Source of the DNA: Nitrospirota bacterium | GTDB taxonomy: Bacteria; Nitrospirota; Thermodesulfovibrionia; Thermodesulfovibrionales; UBA9159 | NCBI GenBank assembly: GCA_963699545.1 | Contig: CAVOUE010000003.1 | Location: 96,001 to 160,000, forward strand | DNA length: 64,000 nt | Direction: 5' to 3' | In this document: in pieces, positions 11,522 through 21,614 of the stretch | How positions within the stretch are numbered: position 1 is the stretch's first letter | How the letters are laid out: each line of letters begins with the position of its first letter | The notes under the pieces: model-generated | The model's database searches: none | Told to the model about the DNA's origin: nothing | The model's input: the letters and a program-made list of their open reading frames with translations, nothing else | Position numbers and translations under genes: made by a program

Positions 11522-12619
11522 CTACTTCTTCCCTTCAAAGCTGAACCGCACATCCACCGGCATCCCTTTCTTGAGGAGATCGTAATATGCCTTCCCCCCG
11601 GGAGCTGAACTGTCCTTCCCGGAAAAGCAGACCTTCACCGCAAAGACCTCTTTCACCCGCTCTTCATAGGACTGGACCTCCTTGGGGGTGAATTCCGCCC
11701 TGTCGGAAATGTAACAGATATACCCGGTGACCGGCTGACCGGGATATGCATCGGTAACGACCCCAGCCTGCATGTTTATGCGGATCCTGCCGATGTATCT
11801 TTCGGGTACATAGGTCCTGACGTGGAGGTTTCCGGGATTGATCATGACGCCCACCACCCCTCCGGGGGAAAGCACCTCACCGGGTTCTGAGACCTTTCTC
11901 AGGATAACGCCGTCCGCCGGTGCGGTGATTCTCGTATATCCAAGATTTATCTCCACCTGTATGAGGGCCTCTTTAAGCTGACCCATGGTCTTTCTCAATG
12001 CCAGGAGTTCCTTTGCCTTCGCCTTCACCAGTTCCCTGGAATTCTCTGCCTTCAGGAGAGAGACCCTGGCCCTCGCCACCTCTTCCATCGCGGTATTCAC
12101 TTCTTCCACAGTGAGCTTGTGAGCAAGCCGGACATTGTCATGCCTTTCTTCTGATATGGCCTCCTTTTCCCTCAGGCGGGAGTATCTTGTGAGCTCTTTT
12201 TCCGCATTCTCCCTCCTCGCCTCCGCCTGTCTCAACCTTGCCTCTGCAACAGAAAGGGCCTTCCCCGCCTCGTCGATGCCGTGCTCCACATTCCTGGTCG
12301 TATAGGTGAGATTGAATTCTGCAGCGCTGATGCTTTCGGTAAGCTCTTCTGTCTTCCTGGTGAATTCCCTCTGCTTCGACCGTAACTCATCATCTTCGAT
12401 GAGGGCGATGGCATCGCCCTTCCCGACCCTGACCCCGTCGTCGATATAGACTTTGCTCAGTCGTCCCGGGATCCTGGCAGACAATTCCGTCTCGTTGGCC
12501 TCGACCCTTCCGCTCACCACGAGAACGTCGTCTCCGGACCTTGTGTGAAGAATTATCTCGTAAAGGGCAACCGCGAGGACGAGCACAATCGCACCAGCGA
12601 TCAGAACGCGTTTTCTCAT
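11522..12619 (-). CDS. HlyD-family membrane fusion protein
   Basis: N-terminal TM, coiled hairpin, AEFTPKEVQ motif. Confidence 0.9.
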   Translation of the reverse strand: MRKRVLIAGAIVLVLAVALYEIILHTRSGDDVLVVSGRVEANETELSARIPGRLSKVYIDDGVRVGKGDAIALIEDDELRSKQREFTRKTEELTESISAAEFNLTYTTRNVEHGIDEAGKALSVAEARLRQAEARRENAEKELTRYSRLREKEAISEERHDNVRLAHKLTVEEVNTAMEEVARARVSLLKAENSRELVKAKAKELLALRKTMGQLKEALIQVEINLGYTRITAPADGVILRKVSEPGEVLSPGGVVGVMINPGNLHVRTYVPERYIGRIRINMQAGVVTDAYPGQPVTGYICYISDRAEFTPKEVQSYEERVKEVFAVKVCFSGKDSSAPGGKAYYDLLKKGMPVDVRFSFEGKK

Positions 12620-12781
12620 ACAAGCCATTATATCAGATAAATTAAGCAATTAAGCCGTGTTGCAAAAGAGGAGTGTAACGCCGCGTCACTCCACCGCTTT
12701 TGTTATTAATTTTCTGCCCGAATGTGCTATAGTTTTCTGAATAGTAACGGGACATGTTCTCTGCAAAGGAGAGGGAATGAA

Positions 12782-13015
12782 ATGATTACCGCAATCTTTG
12801 CCGTGATTCTTATCTCTTTGGTGATCGTGTTTTCCGTTCAAAACGCAGCGCCCGTGGTTCTGTCCTTCATGATCTGGAAATTTGAGGCATCCCTTGCCAT
12901 CGTGATATTTCTTTCTTTGTTTTGTGGGACGATCATCGGCGTGATCATCGCATCGTTGATCCGGTTGGGAACGAAGAAGAAAGGTGCTCCATCGGTTACA
13001 AGCCAGCCTGAATGA
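12782..13015 (+). CDS. LapA/DUF1049-family small membrane protein
   Basis: FSVQNAAPVVLSFMIWKFEASLA pattern with two TMs. Confidence 0.75.
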   Translation: MITAIFAVILISLVIVFSVQNAAPVVLSFMIWKFEASLAIVIFLSLFCGTIIGVIIASLIRLGTKKKGAPSVTSQPE

Positions 13016-13110
13016 AATACCCCGGGGACTTTGTTTACCGTCTTGCATACCTTTTTGTGGTGCGCCCTTGTCACGATTCACACAACCGCATGTGCACTAT
13101 CAAATAAGAG

Positions 13111-13932
13111 ATGATATCTATAGTCTGCGCATACAACAATGCAGGAATATTGAATGATTGGCTGCTGGAGAGTCTTAAGGCGCAAACCGTAGACTATGAA
13201 ATGATAGCACTTGATACTGCAGAACGCGGTTTTCAATCCGCAGCTCAGGCCCTCAATTGTGGAGGAAATCAAGCGAAGGGGAAATATATCATGTTCGTTC
13301 ATCAGGATGTAAGGTTAATTTCAAACTCGTGGTTGAAGGATGCTGAAGAGATACTGGATACTCTTCCAAATTTGGGGATTGCAGGTGTGGTGGGAAGTGT
13401 CGAAGAGGGCAGGAGTGTTTCGGAAAGAATGAGAAATGTTATTCGTCATGGGGATGACAGAGAGCAGATAGGAAACCCTATAATCTCACCGGAGCGAGTA
13501 CAAACACTTGATGAACTCTTATGCATTATCCCTCGAGAGGTTTTTCAACGATATCAATTCGATGAAGATACCTGCAGCAATTGGCATTTGTACGGAGTGG
13601 ATTATTGCCTCACTATGCTCACCCTTGGGAAGGGTGTTTATGTGATCCCTTTGTTCGTAATTCATAAGTCAAAGGGGGCTTCGGCCAATAAACGTTTTCA
13701 TAGGTTATTGTTTCTTTTCCATTTTGGATTAAGCAGGGAATATTATCACGCATTAGAGCGGGTTCTGAAGAAACACAAAAAGGATTTCGTATGGGTCCAT
13801 ACAACTCCCGGATATGGCAAGTGGAAAACGAACGAATCATTCATGGTTCAAAGGATAAAACATTCTGCGATTGAAATGTTAAAATGGTTTGTTGTGAGAA
13901 TGAGATATTTTCTTAGACGAACGGAGAGATAA
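13111..13932 (+). CDS. Glycosyltransferase family 2-like protein
   Basis: MISIVCAYN start, FVHQDV and WHLYGVDYCL motifs. Confidence 0.85.
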   Translation: MISIVCAYNNAGILNDWLLESLKAQTVDYEMIALDTAERGFQSAAQALNCGGNQAKGKYIMFVHQDVRLISNSWLKDAEEILDTLPNLGIAGVVGSVEEGRSVSERMRNVIRHGDDREQIGNPIISPERVQTLDELLCIIPREVFQRYQFDEDTCSNWHLYGVDYCLTMLTLGKGVYVIPLFVIHKSKGASANKRFHRLLFLFHFGLSREYYHALERVLKKHKKDFVWVHTTPGYGKWKTNESFMVQRIKHSAIEMLKWFVVRMRYFLRRTER

Positions 13933-13988
13933 AATCCAGCTATCAGCTCTGATGGGTATCGTTTGACTATTGAATACGGTAAAAGGCT

Positions 13989-14813
13989 ATGAGTGATATC
14001 AAAGGCACAAAGAAACTCGTAAGCATCCTTATTGTCGCCTATAACGCAGACACGTTTATTGACAAAACAATAAGGAGTTGCTTGGAACAATCATATCAGA
14101 ACATAGAACTATTGATCCTCGACAATAAATCCCGTGATAACACAGTGGATGTCATCACTTCCTTTAACGACCCCCGTATCCGCTTGTATCGCAATGATCG
14201 AAACGTCAGTCCCTATAACGGATTGAACTATCTTATCGAGCGTGCTGCCGGGGATTATATTGCAGTCCAGGACCACGATGACATCTGGTTCCGTGAAAAA
14301 ATTGATGCCCAGGTGACATTCCTGAACGATAATCAGGATTTTATCGCTTGCGGAACAAACACGTATTTCTTTTATGAAAACAGGAATATTCTCATTCTTA
14401 TAGACAACCCTGCCATCGCTGATATTGTCACCCACACGTCCCTCGTTTTTCGAAGGAGAGACTTTCGTTATCATTCCGATTATGTATTGGCCGATGAACA
14501 TTTTATGAGGAGAGTGCTTCGGCGTTCTGGAAAAATCGCGTGTCTTCAGGAACCTCTCTGTGTCCATCGGATGAGGGCTGATGCCAAGAATCTGTCCTCT
14601 TATCGTTTCTCTTTGAGTACGAAAAATATAAAAGACTTTTTCATGATTAATGGCTTGACCATACGGTCAGTAATGTATTTTTGCTATCTGTTGACACGCG
14701 ATGTTCTCCCGGAATCTTTGGTGTGGTACATACGAAAGAATATTACCTTGAGAAAAAAGGAGTGGATAAGCTTGAGCGCCTTCAAAGACCGGTATCCAAA
14801 TGTGCTTTTATGA
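13989..14813 (+). CDS. Glycosyltransferase family 2
   Basis: VSILIVAYN, LDNKSRD, QDHDD motifs. Confidence 0.9.
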   Translation: MSDIKGTKKLVSILIVAYNADTFIDKTIRSCLEQSYQNIELLILDNKSRDNTVDVITSFNDPRIRLYRNDRNVSPYNGLNYLIERAAGDYIAVQDHDDIWFREKIDAQVTFLNDNQDFIACGTNTYFFYENRNILILIDNPAIADIVTHTSLVFRRRDFRYHSDYVLADEHFMRRVLRRSGKIACLQEPLCVHRMRADAKNLSSYRFSLSTKNIKDFFMINGLTIRSVMYFCYLLTRDVLPESLVWYIRKNITLRKKEWISLSAFKDRYPNVLL

Positions 14814-17506
14814 CCGGAGGTATACGTTGTCCCGTTTGTGAGGCAGAAGGTCTCTTTCTTAAGAAGCTCGGTGAACACCACCTGTACAGATGCACTTCCT
14901 GTGAGAGCCTCTTTTACTATCCTTCTCCCCTGATGCACAGCAGGGAGGAAACTCCGTGGGAGTCGGCGAAGTGGTACGCCGAACGGGGTGCCAATCTCCT
15001 CTTCTATGCGGAGGTCCTCGCGCATATCAGAAGTTTTATCAAAACTCTCCCCCGTAAGAACCGACCTGGAACAGTCGATATCCTGGAAGCGGGAGGCAGT
15101 TTCGGTTTTCTCATGGATATGGCATCCGTGCTTTTCGGCTGGAATGTCTCAGGCGTGGATCCGAGTCCGTGCGCACAGCAGGGCTCTCGGGAACTGGGAA
15201 GAGAAACCGTCCGTAGTCGTCTTGAAGACGCCCGGTTCGAGAAAAGGTTCGATGTCGTTGTCGGAGTGCAGCTTATTGAGCATATTCAGGAGCCGCGCGC
15301 CCTTATGAGCAGCATATCTCACCTCGTCAAGGAAGACGGGCTTGTTGTCTTAACCACCCCTGATGCCTCTGTTGAGGACCTTGGTGCGGAATATTCTCCC
15401 GGCGAGCATCATATCCTTTTTTCGCAAAAGGGTTTGGTGTCGCTTCTCGAGGCAGCAGGCTTCATGTCTCGTCGTTTCTTCACTACAACAGTGCATACTA
15501 TAATGGGAGTTGCCGCAGCCAAGAATCCTTTACCCGCCTTGAGGAACACGCCCACATCGTTAAATGAATCAGCAGCTTCCAAACAAATGGCGCTGGAATA
15601 CCTCATGAAAAGGATTCTCTCAGGTTCTCACACCGGTCCCTTGGGAATAGGGTTATACTTTCGCCTGTTCGAGTTGCTGGTGAACGAGGGCCGTTACGCT
15701 GAGGCCGACGCCCATGTCCGCACCCTTGAGACGTTGATGGGAAAGGAGGGACATGAATCTCACCATTCCTTTACCGTCCGTATGTTTGACACAATGGCCG
15801 CTGCGAAGACAGCGGCGGACTATGTGACGGCCGGTCCTGGTTGCTTTGCGCCCTATCTCTTCTATAAGGGCATCCTGAATCTGAACTATAGAAGGGATCG
15901 GGCTGCCGCCGGCGCTTGTTTCAAGTATGCCGCCCGTTTGCTTGAGCACGAGGTGCACGGGCTCGGCCTTGTTCAGTATATCCCTCTTCTCAGAGCTGCA
16001 CGGGAGCACACGGAAATCACCGGGGAGAGAATCGAGAACGATACGAAGGATATTCATAGAGAGGCCCGGAAGGTTGAAGCCGCGCCCTTTATAGGAGGAG
16101 GAATTCTTGAGTTTTGCAGGAGTGTACCGATCGGGAGGTTGTGCAGGCTGGGCATAAGAGGAGGGGACTCATATATATTTACTTTCACAAGTATGGAGGA
16201 TAACCTATCCGGGGTGTCATTCGATGTTCTGGTCAGGTCGTATGGCAAAAGGGAACCTGCAGAGCTCACGCTTCACATCTTTGAGGAATATGATCCTGTT
16301 GCGTTGCGGAAGGCAAGTCACACGCTGGAGTTCGGGTCACGTGTTAAATTACAGAAGCTTAACGAACCTTTCCGGTTCGAACCGATACGGGACAGTCGCG
16401 GCAAGACTTACTCGGTGGTACTCGCTTTAGGAAAGGATGCTAAGAGAGCGGCCCTCTTGTGTTCAAACCTGAAAGGGACCTTGACAGTTGCCGGATATCG
16501 GCAGTACCGCAATGTCCGGCCTGTCATGATACCGTACCATCATGTCGCTGCAAGTTTCAGGAAGCTCTCCCAGGACAAAAACTCTCCTCTCGTGAGCTGT
16601 CTGATCGTTACTTATAACAGCGAGGGCTATGTCCGGCACTGTTTGAATTCCATTGCCAGGCAGGATTACCCGAATATCGAGGTCGTCGTGATTGACAACC
16701 ACTCTGATGATCGTACGGTCGAGATAATCCGTGGAGAATTCGATCATGTGAATCTGCATGTGATGGAGCAAAACCTTGAGTTTTGCAAAGGCAACAATCG
16801 GGGGCTCACGAAATGCAGAGGACAATTCATATGTGTGCTGAATGCCGATGTGGTTTTGGAACAAGGAGCGATACGGCGTTTCGTAGAGCATATGGAACTA
16901 TCACCTCACGTCGCGATCGTCGGGTCTACCATTGAAACAAGGGGGTCGACAACGCGGTACGCAGACACCTTCATGATTGACGGTCTGATCAGCAATGATG
17001 AGAAGCTCCTAGAGGGAAAACGGTTCAGTTCAGCTCCGTGCGGTGCCGGCTTCATGATCCGGAGGTCCGTGATAGACGAACTTGGCTATCTTTTCGACGA
17101 AGGCTTTATTTCGAACTGGGAAGACCACGATCTGGGATTGCGGTGCTGGCTGCACGGTCATGTTGTCCTGCACATACCGGAGCTGGGGTTATATCATTCC
17201 GGGGGAGGCGCCTACGGATTGGCTGATCCACGGCGTGAATCACAGGTGTTTCGCAACATGTTGCTCACGTACTTCAAGAATTTTGGCAAGCGTCTTTTCC
17301 TAAAGGCTTTTTTGAGAACCCTTATGTCCTGTACAAGACCTTACAGGATTCTTGGCGTGGTGAGGTTCTTGGGCAGCTTCTGGAAATATATGCCGGAACG
17401 GGCTGCTCTTCAGAAGAAAAGGAAAATTGATGATTCAGTACTGCAGGTGGTGACATCGGGTTTTTGGGCCGTAATTCCTGAGGATAAAAAAGAAAGAGGA
17501 GTTTAA
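14810..17506 (+). CDS. Class I SAM methyltransferase - GT2 multidomain fusion
   Basis: N-terminal CPVC/CTSC, ILEAGGSFG and LIEHI MTase motifs; C-terminal VSCLIVTYN, DNHSDD, LNADV GT2 motifs; ATGA overlap with the upstream stop. Confidence 0.85.
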   Translation: MTGGIRCPVCEAEGLFLKKLGEHHLYRCTSCESLFYYPSPLMHSREETPWESAKWYAERGANLLFYAEVLAHIRSFIKTLPRKNRPGTVDILEAGGSFGFLMDMASVLFGWNVSGVDPSPCAQQGSRELGRETVRSRLEDARFEKRFDVVVGVQLIEHIQEPRALMSSISHLVKEDGLVVLTTPDASVEDLGAEYSPGEHHILFSQKGLVSLLEAAGFMSRRFFTTTVHTIMGVAAAKNPLPALRNTPTSLNESAASKQMALEYLMKRILSGSHTGPLGIGLYFRLFELLVNEGRYAEADAHVRTLETLMGKEGHESHHSFTVRMFDTMAAAKTAADYVTAGPGCFAPYLFYKGILNLNYRRDRAAAGACFKYAARLLEHEVHGLGLVQYIPLLRAAREHTEITGERIENDTKDIHREARKVEAAPFIGGGILEFCRSVPIGRLCRLGIRGGDSYIFTFTSMEDNLSGVSFDVLVRSYGKREPAELTLHIFEEYDPVALRKASHTLEFGSRVKLQKLNEPFRFEPIRDSRGKTYSVVLALGKDAKRAALLCSNLKGTLTVAGYRQYRNVRPVMIPYHHVAASFRKLSQDKNSPLVSCLIVTYNSEGYVRHCLNSIARQDYPNIEVVVIDNHSDDRTVEIIRGEFDHVNLHVMEQNLEFCKGNNRGLTKCRGQFICVLNADVVLEQGAIRRFVEHMELSPHVAIVGSTIETRGSTTRYADTFMIDGLISNDEKLLEGKRFSSAPCGAGFMIRRSVIDELGYLFDEGFISNWEDHDLGLRCWLHGHVVLHIPELGLYHSGGGAYGLADPRRESQVFRNMLLTYFKNFGKRLFLKAFLRTLMSCTRPYRILGVVRFLGSFWKYMPERAALQKKRKIDDSVLQVVTSGFWAVIPEDKKERGV

Positions 17507-17646
17507 ATTAAGAGAAATAAATAGGGGACGCTTCCAACATAAACAATATATGCTGAGATAGCGTCATGCTCAGACAAGCGATACATATTGAAAGAATACA
17601 AAAGAAACTATCATAAATAAAAATAGACCCGAACAAAGGGGTAACG

Positions 17647-19473
17647 ATGTTTAGTGTTGTAATGCCGGTATGGAACCGTTCAAAGGTCGTGGGAAGGGCG
17701 ATTGAGAGCGTTCTGGGACAAAGTTATAAGGATTTTGAGCTTATCGTTGTCGACGACGGTTCCGACGATCCCATTGATGATGTGGTAAATCCGTTCCTCT
17801 CGGAGAAAGTGAAGTTTTGCCGGACCGAACACTGTGGAGTGTCGGCTGCCAGAAATCTGGGGGTTCAAAAGGCCAGCGGAGAGTTAATAGCCTATCTCGA
17901 CTCAGACAACGTGTGGCACAGCGGCTTTCTGGCACGGATGGCAGCCGTTCTCTTAAGCGGGGATTACGACGCAGCCTATTGTCAGGCAAGACGGTTCGTA
18001 AGGGCTCAAAGCGGAGAGATAGTGGAAGACGGGATCTTGGGCCGGGAGTTCTGTTTCAAGGAACTCCTGGAAAATAACTATATTGACCTTAACACCTTTG
18101 TCCACACAAAAAGGATTTTTGACCTTAAAGGAGGCTTTGACGAGAAGCTGCGCAGACTCGATGATTGGGACTTGATCATACGGATTGCAGCCTGGGGCGA
18201 GATCAAATTCGTTCCTGAAATTCTGGTGGATTACTATTACCAGGTTGAGGGGAATGCCATATCTCTTATCGAAGATCACGAATCTTCGAAGAAGGTAGTC
18301 CTCGCAAGATATCCGAAGATTCCAGAACCGATAACCTATGAACATGACACCATAAAGTATACATGGGAAAGCATTTCGGACAGGAAATACAGGAATTATT
18401 GGCTGAGGATGAGGCCGGGGGCGATCAATCCTCTCGACCACAGGGCCTATGGCCAACCGGTAGTCATGCAAATTGAACCGACAAATATGTGTAACCTCCA
18501 ATGCCCCTTGTGCCCTGTGGCCCAAAAAATGCTGCAAAGAGAATCCCGGCACATGCGGTTTGAGGAATTCAAAAAGATCGTCGATGATGTGCAGGACCAT
18601 GTTCTGCTGCTTGTCCTTTGGCACTGGGGCGAGCCCTTGATGAACCCGGAGTTTCCCCGGATGATACGTTATGCAGCCGACAGGGACATACGGACAGTGA
18701 CAAGCACAAACGCGCATTTTCTGAACAATGACAGGCACGTCGAGGAAATACTCTCCTCCGGGCTGTCCACGCTCATAGTCGCCATTGACTCTATACATGC
18801 CGACATTTATCAGAAGTACAGAAAGAAAGGTTCCCTCGAAAAAGCTCTCTCCGGACTCCATAAGGTCATTAAAATCAAAAAGAGAATAGGCTCATCGACC
18901 ACAATAAATTTTCGTATGGTGGTGATGCGGCAAAACGAGCACGAAGTGGCCGGGATGGAAAGAATGGCAAGAAGAATCGGGGCCGATGTTTTTAGCATAA
19001 AGACAGTCAATCCTGCCTGTGGGGAGGCGGGATTGGATAGTGAGTTCATACCGAAAAATCCCCGGTACCGGAGACTTGAATACCGGCCGGGCACGTGGGC
19101 AAGGGTGCCTGTTGACCGGGATTGCGAGCGGCCATGGATCATGGCGGACATTTTCTCGGACGGAAGCGTGGTGCCTTGTTGCTATGACTTTGACGGGACC
19201 ATGAGGGTGGGCAACGCCTTTGAGGAACCTTTCGCTAAGATATGGAATGGACCGGCCTTTGTCGAAATGCGGAAAAAAATCCTTACCGACAGAAAGAGCA
19301 TTCTTCATTGCACGCAATGTCTAATCAATTACAAGCACACGCCACAAGGTATGTTTTATCGCTCCGTAGACTTTCGTAATTTGAAAAATCGACGTTCAGA
19401 ACTATTACGTGCAGCTTCCATCCGACTGCTAAGGCCCATGAGAACAATAGCTGGGTGGCTGAAAGGTCTTTGA
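17647..19473 (+). CDS. GT2 - radical SAM - SPASM/twitch fusion protein
   Basis: FSVVMPVWN, DDGSDD, YLDSD; CNLQCPLC; GEP; C..PW, GSVVPCC, CTQC. Confidence 0.9.
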   Translation: MFSVVMPVWNRSKVVGRAIESVLGQSYKDFELIVVDDGSDDPIDDVVNPFLSEKVKFCRTEHCGVSAARNLGVQKASGELIAYLDSDNVWHSGFLARMAAVLLSGDYDAAYCQARRFVRAQSGEIVEDGILGREFCFKELLENNYIDLNTFVHTKRIFDLKGGFDEKLRRLDDWDLIIRIAAWGEIKFVPEILVDYYYQVEGNAISLIEDHESSKKVVLARYPKIPEPITYEHDTIKYTWESISDRKYRNYWLRMRPGAINPLDHRAYGQPVVMQIEPTNMCNLQCPLCPVAQKMLQRESRHMRFEEFKKIVDDVQDHVLLLVLWHWGEPLMNPEFPRMIRYAADRDIRTVTSTNAHFLNNDRHVEEILSSGLSTLIVAIDSIHADIYQKYRKKGSLEKALSGLHKVIKIKKRIGSSTTINFRMVVMRQNEHEVAGMERMARRIGADVFSIKTVNPACGEAGLDSEFIPKNPRYRRLEYRPGTWARVPVDRDCERPWIMADIFSDGSVVPCCYDFDGTMRVGNAFEEPFAKIWNGPAFVEMRKKILTDRKSILHCTQCLINYKHTPQGMFYRSVDFRNLKNRRSELLRAASIRLLRPMRTIAGWLKGL

Positions 19474-20267
19474 TGCCGTGTATAGTGGGCATCAAGCGTA
19501 TCGGTTCAGCGCCTTTGGCAACGGATCCAGTGCCGGAACCCCGGTTGGCCAGCCGGGGTTACCCGCTTCAAATCCCACTCCCGCCAGGTGAAGAGGGCGG
19601 CTGGAACCCCTATCCCATCTTCAACGGTTCCACCGCAGGCGCGCGGAGTCTGGCGAGTCACGTCTCAGTGTTAACCAAAGGCCATTGCCCGCATCCGCCG
19701 CACATACACAGAGAGGAAGAAATCCTGCTTCTCCTGGCCGGCGAGGTCGATCTGATATTCCCGGATGAGCAAGTTCCAGGGGGAGAGCGGCGAAAGCGTT
19801 TGAAACCCAATCAATTCGTCTACTACCCGACCGGTTTTGCCCACACGCTCCAGACCGTAAGCGAGTCTCCAGCGAACTACCTGATGTTAAAGTGGCACGG
19901 TGTTCCAACTAAAATCGATTCACCGCTGATTTTCGGCCAATATGACGTGCTTCAACCGGTGCAGTACTCTGAAACCAGGGATGGCTTTTGTCCGCGTCTG
20001 ATGTTCGAAGGACCAACGGCCTACCTACAAAAGCTTCATTGCCATGTCTCTACCTTTACTCCAGGATCCGGCTACGATCCTCACGCCGACGCCTATGATG
20101 TAGCCATTATTGTCCTGGAAGGCGAGGTCGAAACACTCGGTGATCGCGTGCGGCCATACGGAGTGATCTTCTACCGGGCGGATGAACCTCACGGCATACG
20201 CAATCCCGGTGAGGCGGTAGCCAAGTATCTTGTCTTCGAATTTCACGGAAATGAAAAGACCGTTTAA
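19473..20267 (+). CDS. Bicupin protein
   Basis: HPPHIHREEEILLLLAGEV...AH and DPHADAYDVAIIVLEGEV...PH cupin motifs. Confidence 0.8.
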   Translation: MPCIVGIKRIGSAPLATDPVPEPRLASRGYPLQIPLPPGEEGGWNPYPIFNGSTAGARSLASHVSVLTKGHCPHPPHIHREEEILLLLAGEVDLIFPDEQVPGGERRKRLKPNQFVYYPTGFAHTLQTVSESPANYLMLKWHGVPTKIDSPLIFGQYDVLQPVQYSETRDGFCPRLMFEGPTAYLQKLHCHVSTFTPGSGYDPHADAYDVAIIVLEGEVETLGDRVRPYGVIFYRADEPHGIRNPGEAVAKYLVFEFHGNEKTV

Positions 20268-20270
20268 ACT

Positions 20271-21614
20271 ATGAACAGAACATATGACATCGAAATACCA
20301 TACCTGTTGACAGGGCCCGCCCACGGCAGATTCATTGTTTTTGACCGGCGCCTTTATGGATCGGACGACCACTTTATCAGGCTCGATCTATACCCTTTAA
20401 TAGCCCCCAGCCACATGAGGAGACATTATGGCTGGTGGGACATTCCGCTGAAACATATAAAGCAGGAGAGCACCGCGTTTGTCTTTGATTTCAAGAAGCG
20501 GGTTCTCCACCTGGAGAATCAGAAAGTTCCGCTTGAGATAAGACACGGGTGGCGTGGCCCAGTTGAGGAAGACGGATACTGCATGCTGCATGTTTCTCTT
20601 TGGGACAAGTCTAAAGAGCCGCCGCATATGATGCAGATAAAGTCGCAACCCTTAGTAATCGCGGCAACGAGTCTGGACCTTCCGTTGAAGCAAATTTGCA
20701 TCCCGGTGACCGATCGCTGCAATCTCAAATGTACCATGTGCCCAAGGCAGGCTACAGACGAAATAGTTGATATGGATATATCCGACGAGGCGCTCGAGCC
20801 TTTATTGGACGCCGGTGCAAACTTTGTGTCGGCATTGCTCCAGGGCTTTGGGGAACCCTTGCTGTATCCTAAAATTTTCAACCTGATCCCCAGAGTCAAA
20901 GCCAGGATGGCCGACGGAGGCGAAGTAGGTTTCACCACGAATGCCACCTTGCTCGACGAGCCAACTGCGGTCCGACTGCTGGACACTGGAATCGATTTCC
21001 TCTATTTTTCGCTGGATGCGGCTTCCAAGGAGGTCTATGAAGTTATTCGGGTAGGAGCCCGGTTTGATAAGGTCACTGAGAATATTCGCCGTTGTACCGA
21101 GTTGCAGAAAGCTTCTGGCCAGAATAAATTGCGATTTATGCTGAATTTTGTCATTTTGGAGCAAAATCTCCATGAAATCCCAGCATTCGTGTCTTTGGCG
21201 GCACGACTGGGAGTGGAACACGTAACCTTTAGTTATTGCACGGATACCGACACCGGAGGGTTGAAGGCCTTTGGGACAGAGACGCTCCAGGACCTCTTTT
21301 GTAAAGCCCGGGAAGAAGGGAAGAGGTTACACATAAATATTGACACGCCCCCCCTCCACAAAAACCCTAGGGAAATCTGTTTTTTTATGGAACGGGTGGT
21401 GGCGTTGTTGCCAGGGGAAGCCTTCCCGTGTCATGCCATGGCGCCGGGTTATAGGACCCAAGCGAGAAACAGATCATTCGGGGACGTGCGTCGCATCCCT
21501 CTCCTGGAGATCTGGAAGAGTCCAGATTATCAGGAATTCCGACGCCGAATTCTGAGAGGAGATTTCCCGGCGGAATGCGCGGATTGCGAGTGCAAAGCCT
21601 ATCTCGTGCCATGA
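20271..21614 (+). CDS. Radical SAM/SPASM protein with unrecognised N-terminal domain (paralog A)
   Basis: CNLKCTMC, GFGEP, TNATLL, C-terminal PCH and CADC. Confidence 0.9.
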   Translation: MNRTYDIEIPYLLTGPAHGRFIVFDRRLYGSDDHFIRLDLYPLIAPSHMRRHYGWWDIPLKHIKQESTAFVFDFKKRVLHLENQKVPLEIRHGWRGPVEEDGYCMLHVSLWDKSKEPPHMMQIKSQPLVIAATSLDLPLKQICIPVTDRCNLKCTMCPRQATDEIVDMDISDEALEPLLDAGANFVSALLQGFGEPLLYPKIFNLIPRVKARMADGGEVGFTTNATLLDEPTAVRLLDTGIDFLYFSLDAASKEVYEVIRVGARFDKVTENIRRCTELQKASGQNKLRFMLNFVILEQNLHEIPAFVSLAARLGVEHVTFSYCTDTDTGGLKAFGTETLQDLFCKAREEGKRLHINIDTPPLHKNPREICFFMERVVALLPGEAFPCHAMAPGYRTQARNRSFGDVRRIPLLEIWKSPDYQEFRRRILRGDFPAECADCECKAYLVP

